Position numbers and translations under genes: made by a program
Notes under the pieces: generated by a model
The model's input: the letters and a program-made list of their open reading frames with translations, nothing else
The model's database searches: none
Told to the model about the DNA's origin: nothing
Source of the DNA: Candidatus Latescibacterota bacterium
Lineage (GTDB): Bacteria > Latescibacterota > UBA2968
Assembly (NCBI GenBank): GCA_965222605.1
Contig: OZ244960.1
Location: 2,176,001 to 2,240,000 of the forward strand
Direction: 5' to 3'
DNA length: 64,000 nt
In this document: positions 1 through 8,370 of the stretch, piece by piece
How positions within the stretch are numbered: the stretch's first letter is position 1
How the letters are laid out: each line of letters begins with the position of its first letter

Positions 1-1
1 T

Positions 2-1348
2 GATGGGGACCATCCAGATGTGCCCTTCGATGACGCGGGAGGACCTCTGCTGTTCAACTTTCTGAGCACCCAGAAGAAGGCCGCGCGCATCGCAATCGAA
101 GACGGACAGTTCGGGGCATTCCAGTTCATCGGAATGGCACCGATCGCCTATGCCAATTCCGGCCCTTTCGCATTCGGACCGCTGGATGCAGGGAAGAGTT
201 ATGTGGATCCGGAAGGAGACCAGCCTGCGGCAGTTCGGTGGTATCGATCGCACAGTACCACAATACAGGACGACCCGAATCCCGCTATTCACAATCCCCA
301 GGAGATGCAGGAGATGCTCTTGCATGAAATCTCGAACAATCCCACCGAAGTCGGTTATTTCTTTAACGCGCAGACATACGGTCCATACACGCTGGCACCC
401 GGCGAATCCGGAATGATCGTCTTCGCCTATGTCGCAGGTGCTGGGTCTCAGATGGTTGGCGAGGATATGCTCACCTGGGCGCTCAAACACAAAAAAGAGG
501 AGCTGCCTTTGGGCCTGGACGCGATGCTGCAGAATCTGGAAGCGGCCAAATTTGCCTACCGCGCCGAGTTCGATATTCCGGACGCTCCTCCCGATGTGGC
601 CTTCCACACCCGCATCACGCCCGATGCTCACATGGAGGTATTCTGGTCGGATAAGACCGACAATGCCACCAACCCGGACTACTCGGGTGCCGAGGCTCAG
701 GATGTGATTGGATATGAGATCTGGCGCGCCGAATGGATCCCGGTCGGCCCGTGGACGAAGATCGCAGATATTGCCGCAGGGTCAGCCGTCGGAGGAGAGT
801 ATTCGTACGAAGACAAGGACTCGGTTGCAGGCTTCCTCTACCGATATGCGGTTCGAGCAGTTGCCAAAGGCCACACCGCCTGGACGAACGGAATGCAGAC
901 CCTGTCAGACCTGCCGGCACATATCCAGCAAAACGTGCAGGCGGGGCTGAAGGGCGGGCGGCGTGCCCCCTTCCAGCAGGAACACGGCGACACGTCTCCG
1001 GAACTGCCCTCTGCTGCCTATCTTGACGCCCTTGAAGAAAAGGTCCGCGTGGTGCCGAATCCCTACATTCTCGACCCGAACGGCCCCCACAGGTATCCGG
1101 GCGCAATCGAGAAATTCCGGTTTGTCGGTATTCCCAGCAAGTGCGAGATCTACATCTTTACCACGACCGGAGACCTGGTCATCAAGCTGGATCACGATAA
1201 TCCAAACATTGGAGAAAAGTCGTGGGACCATAAAGTTCAGAACCTGATCACCCTGGCCGGCAGCGGCGTTTACTATTACGTAGTCAAGTCCCTCGTGCCC
1301 GGGCACGAAGGAAAGATTCAGCGGGGCACCTTTTTTGTAATCCGGTAA
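2..1348 (+). CDS. 5'-truncated secreted protein with Fn3-like region and T9SS/FlgD-like C-terminal domain; paralog of 57790..60132
   Basis: Frame is open from base 2. C-terminus VRVVPNPY..FRFVGIPSKCEIYIFTTTGDLV..W..SGVYYYVV..GTFFVIR is CTD-like. Shares blocks with 57790..60132 (YGPYxLAPG, DIPDxPPDV, AGFLYxYxVRAVAK). Confidence 0.75.
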   Translation, partial: DGDHPDVPFDDAGGPLLFNFLSTQKKAARIAIEDGQFGAFQFIGMAPIAYANSGPFAFGPLDAGKSYVDPEGDQPAAVRWYRSHSTTIQDDPNPAIHNPQEMQEMLLHEISNNPTEVGYFFNAQTYGPYTLAPGESGMIVFAYVAGAGSQMVGEDMLTWALKHKKEELPLGLDAMLQNLEAAKFAYRAEFDIPDAPPDVAFHTRITPDAHMEVFWSDKTDNATNPDYSGAEAQDVIGYEIWRAEWIPVGPWTKIADIAAGSAVGGEYSYEDKDSVAGFLYRYAVRAVAKGHTAWTNGMQTLSDLPAHIQQNVQAGLKGGRRAPFQQEHGDTSPELPSAAYLDALEEKVRVVPNPYILDPNGPHRYPGAIEKFRFVGIPSKCEIYIFTTTGDLVIKLDHDNPNIGEKSWDHKVQNLITLAGSGVYYYVVKSLVPGHEGKIQRGTFFVIR

Positions 1349-1360
1349 AGGAGGTATCAG

Positions 1361-2377
1361 ATGAAAGGTAAGACCTTATTCGCAACAGCCCTGCTGGTAA
1401 TAGGGCTTTTATTTCCCACCATCACCCGCGCACAGCCGCCGTTCGAGGTTGGGGTGGAAAAAGGCATGGTGGCGGGAAAGAACGACATCGGGAAGGACCA
1501 GGAACGGCTCGCAACGGCTGGTCTGGGATTTCTCAAAATCAATCCGAGTGCGCGGGGAGCGGGAATGGCTGACGCCTTCAATTCGGTGGCCAACGACGTA
1601 TCCTCCGCCTTTTGGAACCCGGCAGGCATCACGCACGTAGATAAATTCGCCTGGACATCATCCTACATGCAGTGGCTGGTGAATACGCAGATCTATGCCG
1701 GCGCTCTGGTATATAATACAGAAGACCCAAGACTGGGCTTTCTGGGCCTCACTCTGGTATCGATGATACCCGAGGAGGTCGAGGAGACCACCATCTTTCA
1801 GCCCACGGGAACCGGGCGGAACATCGGGGCTTCGAATATGGCCTTAGGGCTTATCTACGCGATCAAATTCACAAATAAGCTTTCGTTTGGTGTGAAGGTC
1901 GATTGGGTCCGTGAAACGATTCTGGACCATTCGCTCAACACGATCAAATTCGATATAGGAACGTTGTTCTATACCGGTTTCCGAAATGTTCGAATGGCGA
2001 TGTCTTTGAAGAATCTGGGACGGAACGAGCAGTACGAACAGGTGAAGTTCTGGATGCCGCTAAACTACTACATGTCCATTGCAGATGAGATTTTTGGCAA
2101 ACCGGGTGAGCCGGCTTACCTGACCATAGCGGCCGAAACGCTCTATGCAATCGACTATGACCAGCGATACCATGTCGGAGCGGAACTGTGGTTGGGGAAC
2201 ATCCTGGCCTTGCGGGGCGGCTACAAATTCAATTACGATGCGGAAACCTACAGTATTGGCGCGGGATTGAATTACGAAATCATGAGTGGCCGCAAGATAA
2301 TGCTGGACATCTCGTACACGGACTTCGGTAATTTGCTGAATACGCCTCTTCGGGTTTCTTTAGGAGGGACCTTTTAG
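1361..2377 (+). CDS. PorV/PorQ-family (UPF0164-like) outer-membrane beta-barrel
   Basis: RBS AAGGAGG, signal peptide, motif FLKINPSARGAGMADAF..AFWNPAGI, C-terminal Phe. Confidence 0.85.
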   Translation: MKGKTLFATALLVIGLLFPTITRAQPPFEVGVEKGMVAGKNDIGKDQERLATAGLGFLKINPSARGAGMADAFNSVANDVSSAFWNPAGITHVDKFAWTSSYMQWLVNTQIYAGALVYNTEDPRLGFLGLTLVSMIPEEVEETTIFQPTGTGRNIGASNMALGLIYAIKFTNKLSFGVKVDWVRETILDHSLNTIKFDIGTLFYTGFRNVRMAMSLKNLGRNEQYEQVKFWMPLNYYMSIADEIFGKPGEPAYLTIAAETLYAIDYDQRYHVGAELWLGNILALRGGYKFNYDAETYSIGAGLNYEIMSGRKIMLDISYTDFGNLLNTPLRVSLGGTF

Positions 2378-2394
2378 ATCGAGGTGGAGGACAC

Positions 2395-5300
2395 GTGGTC
2401 TTGAACGTCTGGTTTCACAAAATGGTTGTCTGTATGGTTCTTCTCACGATCTCCCGGACTGAAGCTGTGCAGCGTGTGCCGATCCATTTCGAAGTCCCTC
2501 CCGAAGCAGATACCTATACTGGAATCCAGCCAGCGACATTCGGGATTCCATTTGAGAAGGGACAACTGCGTATCGGCGATGGCATGCAGATCGTCGATAG
2601 CAAGGGAAAGACGATGCCGGCTCAGTTTGAAGTGACCGCCACGTGGGGGCCTGAATCCACAGAGGTGCGCTGGCTTCTCGTCGATCTGCTCGTGCAAATC
2701 CGGGACGGCCGCGCAAAGGATGTCTTTCTGGAATTCGGACCCAAGGTAGGCCTTGAGGACTCAGATCCCCTGGCGAGAAAAACGGGCGACCGCATTACCG
2801 TCAACACGGGTGCACTGGAGTGTGTGCTCGATTCCGATGCGGGTGTCCTGGGGCAGTTTGTCCTGAAGGACGGATCTGGAAAAGCCTTTCGCGCCACAAC
2901 AAAAGGATCCGAAATCGCGGTTGAAAAATCGGGTCCAGTGCGTGCAGTGGTGCGTATGAAAGGTGACTACCTCGCCGAAGATGGCCAGAAGCTGGGTGAG
3001 TTCATCACCAGGGTTCGTTTCTGGAAGGGCCAGTCCTATGCTCGCATCTACCACACGCTGGTCTGGGGAGGCGATCAAACCAGCGAGATAGGATGCCTCA
3101 CCTTTGTGCCAGAAGCAGTCCTGCCCGGTGCTCAAATAACGGCGGGAGTAGATGGAGCACGCATTATCGAATCAGATGATCTTCTTCTGAGGCAGACCGA
3201 TTGGAACGTTGTACAGGGCAGCGCGATGGGCAAACATATAGATGGCTGGATTCAGCTTGGGAAAAAAGAAAAGTCCCTCTTCCTGGCCCTCAGATGGCCC
3301 TGGCAGCAGTACCCGACGAGCATTTCGGGAAAGAATGGCAGAATCGAACTGAGCCTTATCGGCCCTGACAAACCCATGGACCTCACTGCGGAGGAGGTGG
3401 CAGTTCCGTATGTCAGGCCCGGAATGGAGAAGTGGAACCTGAGGATCTTCGACAGCAGCAAGCTGTGGCATGCCGACTATAACGGCCCGTCCGCCCGCCC
3501 ACACATTTCTCCGAGGGGTGTGGCGAAAACCTTTGAGATCCTGATCTGGTATGGCGAGCCTGATTCGGAGACAACGCCCGAGGTAAAGAACACCTTTGCC
3601 CAGCATCCCGTATTGGGTTTTGCCTCGCCGGAATTCGCGACAAAGGCGATGCTGCCTTCACCGATGTCGCCCAAGGACAAAGCTAATTTCCCGCTGATCG
3701 AGGGCGCGCTGGAGCGCGCCTTCCACTGTGTGACCCGGGAAAACGCATTCGATGGGGACTATGGAACCTGGAACTTCGGCGACATCCAGTGGTCGTGGAT
3801 CGGGCGTCTGGGTTACACGACATACCGATACTGGATGAATCACGGGAAGGGCTGGTCCATCGTCCCCTGGGTCCTCTGGTTGCGATCTGGAGAGCGGGAG
3901 TATTGGGAGAACGGCGAGGCCAACAGCCGTCATGTCATGGATGTAGATACATGTCACATCCCCGAGTGGGAACCTGCGCCGGATGGAAAAATCCGGGGAG
4001 GTCAATACCACTACTCGGCACTGCACTGGGGATACGGCCCCCACGTTTCCTCCTTTTTTATGGATTCGGAGTATCTGCCCTATTGCTATTACCTGACCGG
4101 GTATGAGCGGGCAAAAGACATCTTGCTCGACCGCGTCGAGGCCCTTGCGCGGGATCCGTGGAAAGAACGGGTGCTATATTTCCGTCAAAATCCGAAGAAA
4201 CGCTCGAGACACCTGTATGTCCTGGTCAAAGACCTGGCGGTACTCTACGAAGCCACCTGGGACGGTCGCATTCTACCCTACCTCAAAGAGTATCTGGATC
4301 TAACCCTCGACGCCCAGATCAGCAATGGCAGATTTGCGAACATCGTCTCCAACCATTACCTGGATCAGCCGCTGAATATCGCACTGAGGGTATTTCCAGG
4401 CGAAAAGGAGCGGATTCTCAAGGCACTCTATGAGTTCCAAGAATACCAGGGAGGGCCAGTAAGGAGCCGGAGCGGAAGTGCGGGAATCGGGCCGATGTCC
4501 TTGTGGACGACGCACACGCTGTCGCAGGACCGAAACAATCCCCTGTACCTGGAGACTATTGCAATGACCTCGATGGGTCAGGCTTGGAGTGTGGCCGAGA
4601 ATGAAACGATCTGGAATGGATTGACCGAATTCGACGCGCACCTGGCCGGTCCGATGCTGCGGGACTGGGTCATCGCAATTGCAGATCAGGCGGAGAGAGG
4701 AAAGAATGAGGAGTCTCTGACGACGGGACCTCCGCTCTTTTTCAATGCCCAGCTCCCGTTACCCGAGGGCGAGGATGAGGGCTGGGAAAAGAGCCGCGGT
4801 CGGCACCTGGTCCTGGCACTCGTCAAAGAGGGACAGCCGCTCACTGTGAATCTTCATTTTATGATGCACAATCAGGGCCGAAAAAACACCCTCCGTGTTC
4901 GGGTCACCGACCCTGAGAATCGGCGAGTGGCTGACATCTTGCGAGAGATCGAGAACAGCTATACCGAACCGGAAGCGGTCCAGGGCATTGCCGTACAGAT
5001 TCCAACAGGGCCTGGAGGGGTGTACGCCATTGAGCTCTGGTCGAAGGTAGGAGCCTATCCGGTACGGGCCGAATCCACAGATGGAAAAGTCGTCCACGTC
5101 CTCCCACCCGGCAGAAGGGCTGTCTGCTCGCCGACATTTGGCGGCCAGGGCTGGTTTCGACCAAAAGGAAACGGCGAGATCCTCATTGGCTATCCGGGTA
5201 ATTTCCCCGGGGCACGAGTAATTGCATTCGATCCTTCGGGACGGATTGCGGGTGCCAGCCAGATTCACAGTACCCGTCTCGTAGAGACGAATGTGGGACC

Positions 5301-8300
5301 TCTGCAAAGAAGAAACCATATGGCGACCGACACACGTCCCAATTTCATTCTGGTGATGAGCGACCAGCAACGCGGGGATTGCCTGGGCGTGGACGGACAT
5401 CCTTGTCTTCTCACGCCGAACCTGGATGCGCTGGCAGGTGCAGGCACCAGATTCCCCAGAGCCTACTCGACCTGTCCTTCCTGCATTCCAGCTCGACGCG
5501 CGATGATGACCGGGCAGTTCCCCTCGAGCTGGGACGAGACTACCCGGGAATTTTTCCTCACATCCAACAGGACCGGTGATTCCATGGCACAAGGAAGCTC
5601 GCACTCGGAAGACGGCGTGCTTTTCAACAGCAGGCGTTTTCTCCTCGACGAGGATGTTCTACCCGGGTCCATGTTCAGCGGTACGATTCCTCATCTGAAC
5701 AACGGCAGAAGCATCGCGCGAAATGGTGGCGGCGCCTGGTTCTGCTGTTTCACCATCGATCGCAAAGAGCGGCCCCTCCCCGTTCGACAAAAACGCGACT
5801 GGCAGATTCTGCTCGCGGTCTCGAACAAGCCCGTTTTCCAGGGTTCCGCCTTCCCTGAGCCGGTCATCCTCGTCGGTGAATCCGGATCTCTCTTCTCATC
5901 CGGAACCAGTCGATTGGGAAGTTCCAGCCTCGTTATCGACCCGTCTGACCGCCTTCACCTCTTCTACGAACAGGACGAAGATATCTTTCACCTTCACGCC
6001 GACGCATCCAGTCCAGCACCCAGGGAACGTCTTGCCGATCGTTCCGCCTGGTCAGGGCCTGAGGCAGTAGCCGAAGGGGCCAGTCTGGGAGACATCTTCC
6101 TGGATACGCAGGACCGTTTGAGGCTGGTTTACACGCGGAGAGGCGTCCTTTACCAGTTGCTATTGGGCGAGGGGGGAGAGCAGAAAATCTGCGACGGTGG
6201 GATCCATCCCTCCGCCCACCTGGACGGTGATGGAACCATCCACCTGGCCTTTGAGCGTGATCGAAGAATCTTCTATCTGCGTCAGGGCAGTGATGGACTA
6301 TGGACCGATTCCACAGGTACGCCCGGACCCGAAATGGTTGCTTACTTCTGCAGCTCCTGGCCCTCTCTGGCCACAACGACTGACGGGAAAATCGTTATCG
6401 CTTATCAGGGCGAAGGAAAGACGGACCTCAAGCAGTATCCTCCCCTCTACGCGCCGCTCAGGGTAGCTGGCGGATCTACCGTTTCCTATGCGGTCCACAA
6501 TGGAGAAAAGTGGTCCATTCACGACTTCCTGAGATCCAGCGAGATCCTGCTGAAGCGACGTCCGCACCATCGACATCCCCAGGCCGATCCCACCTTCCTC
6601 CCCTTCATGGAGGAGTTCTGGCGTCCCTCCCTTTCGGTTGACCCTCACGGCGTCGTCTGGATGTTCTACGTCAACTCCACCCGCAGGCACATCTACTGGT
6701 CCCGGTTTCAGGGGAAAACGTTCGGCACTCACCATGAGGCGCGTGGTCCCTACGATGTGATGACCCGCCTGATGTGCCTCCAGAAGGAAACCTCGAGTCG
6801 TCTCGGTATCGGCTATCTCACCTTCGCATCGAATCAGGTTTACTTCGATGTTATCCAGGTCTCGGAGTATAAGAGTAGAGATCGGAGGCGGATCGTCTTC
6901 CTGGATCATCTGGAGGTTGACCACATGATCGATCTGGAGCCCTGCATCGGAATGTGGGAAAAGCATCCGGGTCCCGTATTTGGGTGGGGAATCACGGGAG
7001 ATACTGAAGACGACAACATCGCCTGGTGCCACGTTCACCGGCGCGAAGATGGATTTGAGATGCATTACATGGGACAGGGTCCCGAACTGCGCAGCAACGC
7101 CCTTCCCGGACGGGCCTTCAGCAGCGACGGGGGCCATTGGGAGAAACGCGAACCCGTGGTTGAATCGGGTTTGACGCTGGATGATCGACCCATGCCTTCG
7201 ACCTTCTGGCGTCCCATTTACCTGGAAGACCCCGACGAGGAGGACCCTTCACGTCGTTTCAAGGGCCTGATCGGTCGGTATCGGAATGACCGTGGACTCG
7301 AGCTCCGCGTCTGGGACGTCATCACATCGCCCGATGCATTGCAGTGGCATACGGTGGACCAGCCGAATGTGGTCGGCGGGGACATCAGCATCGCTTCACA
7401 CCTCTATCGCGATGAGGAGGACCCCGAACCGATGCGTCGCTACAAGTTCCTCGCCGTGACCGGATGCAATTCGGGCCGGGGTGTGGCCGCTTTCACCAGC
7501 CCCAATCTGATCCACTGGGACAGAGCTGTCTATCTGAGGGAGAATACGGACGACCTGCTCTCCCCTCTCTGCCCTTATCCGACCGGGCCTCAGCCTATCG
7601 ATCCCGACGCCGCGGAGAATCCGTGGGAGGAGGAGGTCCACGACGCCTACATCTGGCGCGAGCACGGCATCCTCATGTTCCATTACGACGCCTTCTATTT
7701 CGGAGCGAACCAGCACATTGAGAAAGCGCTCGCCGTCTCCCGGGACGGACGGCATTACTGGCGTGTCCAGCGGGGTGCCATCGACATGCCGCATGGAAAT
7801 TGTGGCGAATGGGACTCGGGCCGGAACCGTACCGCAGTGCCGATCCGTGTTGGAGACGAGCTCTGGATCTTCTTCTGCGGCATGCCTGCTCAATTCTTCG
7901 GCGATTCCGACACAGAGGGATACATGCCGCCGTTGTGGGTCGATGCGTGGACCTTTGAGAAAACGCGACTACGCCAGGAGCAGCGTCCGTGGAGGGTAGG
8001 CCTGGCGAAGTTGCGCGTGGATGGCTGGGCTTATCTCCAAGCTGTGCGGGAGGCCGGGTGCGGATACCTGACCACCATCCCATTCGGATACACAGGTGGA
8101 AACCTGGTGGTCAATGGATCGGGATTGGGTCCGGGAGGAATACAGGTCGAAATCCTGACGGCCGAAGGCCTGACCCTGGACGGTTTCGGCAGGGACCGGT
8201 GCCGGTTCAGCGAACCGGACGCGGTGACCTCCAGGGTGGCATGGGAAGGCGTTGGCTCTCTTCCTCACGGAAGATATCGTCTCAAGTTCACCTTCGAAGA

Positions 8301-8340
8301 CCTGGAAAGCCGCCTCTACGCCTTCGGCTTTGAGGACTGA
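2395..8340 (+). CDS. 1981-aa composite ORF: exo-rhamnogalacturonan-lyase (YetA/PcRGLX)-like region, then a ~70-aa sulfatase N-terminal fragment, then a beta-propeller glycosidase-like region
   Basis: N-terminal PATFGIPF..G..WLLVD and GPVRAVV..G motifs. Internal in-frame ATG 5320 gives RPNFILVMSDQQR..TPNLDALA..CIPAR. Internal in-frame ATG 5584 begins a region with AVSRDGRHY, GEWDSG and LAKLRVDGW. Confidence 0.65.
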   Translation: MVLNVWFHKMVVCMVLLTISRTEAVQRVPIHFEVPPEADTYTGIQPATFGIPFEKGQLRIGDGMQIVDSKGKTMPAQFEVTATWGPESTEVRWLLVDLLVQIRDGRAKDVFLEFGPKVGLEDSDPLARKTGDRITVNTGALECVLDSDAGVLGQFVLKDGSGKAFRATTKGSEIAVEKSGPVRAVVRMKGDYLAEDGQKLGEFITRVRFWKGQSYARIYHTLVWGGDQTSEIGCLTFVPEAVLPGAQITAGVDGARIIESDDLLLRQTDWNVVQGSAMGKHIDGWIQLGKKEKSLFLALRWPWQQYPTSISGKNGRIELSLIGPDKPMDLTAEEVAVPYVRPGMEKWNLRIFDSSKLWHADYNGPSARPHISPRGVAKTFEILIWYGEPDSETTPEVKNTFAQHPVLGFASPEFATKAMLPSPMSPKDKANFPLIEGALERAFHCVTRENAFDGDYGTWNFGDIQWSWIGRLGYTTYRYWMNHGKGWSIVPWVLWLRSGEREYWENGEANSRHVMDVDTCHIPEWEPAPDGKIRGGQYHYSALHWGYGPHVSSFFMDSEYLPYCYYLTGYERAKDILLDRVEALARDPWKERVLYFRQNPKKRSRHLYVLVKDLAVLYEATWDGRILPYLKEYLDLTLDAQISNGRFANIVSNHYLDQPLNIALRVFPGEKERILKALYEFQEYQGGPVRSRSGSAGIGPMSLWTTHTLSQDRNNPLYLETIAMTSMGQAWSVAENETIWNGLTEFDAHLAGPMLRDWVIAIADQAERGKNEESLTTGPPLFFNAQLPLPEGEDEGWEKSRGRHLVLALVKEGQPLTVNLHFMMHNQGRKNTLRVRVTDPENRRVADILREIENSYTEPEAVQGIAVQIPTGPGGVYAIELWSKVGAYPVRAESTDGKVVHVLPPGRRAVCSPTFGGQGWFRPKGNGEILIGYPGNFPGARVIAFDPSGRIAGASQIHSTRLVETNVGPLQRRNHMATDTRPNFILVMSDQQRGDCLGVDGHPCLLTPNLDALAGAGTRFPRAYSTCPSCIPARRAMMTGQFPSSWDETTREFFLTSNRTGDSMAQGSSHSEDGVLFNSRRFLLDEDVLPGSMFSGTIPHLNNGRSIARNGGGAWFCCFTIDRKERPLPVRQKRDWQILLAVSNKPVFQGSAFPEPVILVGESGSLFSSGTSRLGSSSLVIDPSDRLHLFYEQDEDIFHLHADASSPAPRERLADRSAWSGPEAVAEGASLGDIFLDTQDRLRLVYTRRGVLYQLLLGEGGEQKICDGGIHPSAHLDGDGTIHLAFERDRRIFYLRQGSDGLWTDSTGTPGPEMVAYFCSSWPSLATTTDGKIVIAYQGEGKTDLKQYPPLYAPLRVAGGSTVSYAVHNGEKWSIHDFLRSSEILLKRRPHHRHPQADPTFLPFMEEFWRPSLSVDPHGVVWMFYVNSTRRHIYWSRFQGKTFGTHHEARGPYDVMTRLMCLQKETSSRLGIGYLTFASNQVYFDVIQVSEYKSRDRRRIVFLDHLEVDHMIDLEPCIGMWEKHPGPVFGWGITGDTEDDNIAWCHVHRREDGFEMHYMGQGPELRSNALPGRAFSSDGGHWEKREPVVESGLTLDDRPMPSTFWRPIYLEDPDEEDPSRRFKGLIGRYRNDRGLELRVWDVITSPDALQWHTVDQPNVVGGDISIASHLYRDEEDPEPMRRYKFLAVTGCNSGRGVAAFTSPNLIHWDRAVYLRENTDDLLSPLCPYPTGPQPIDPDAAENPWEEEVHDAYIWREHGILMFHYDAFYFGANQHIEKALAVSRDGRHYWRVQRGAIDMPHGNCGEWDSGRNRTAVPIRVGDELWIFFCGMPAQFFGDSDTEGYMPPLWVDAWTFEKTRLRQEQRPWRVGLAKLRVDGWAYLQAVREAGCGYLTTIPFGYTGGNLVVNGSGLGPGGIQVEILTAEGLTLDGFGRDRCRFSEPDAVTSRVAWEGVGSLPHGRYRLKFTFEDLESRLYAFGFED

Positions 8341-8370
8341 AAATATTCTGGGTCGCTAAGGAGATCGTGG

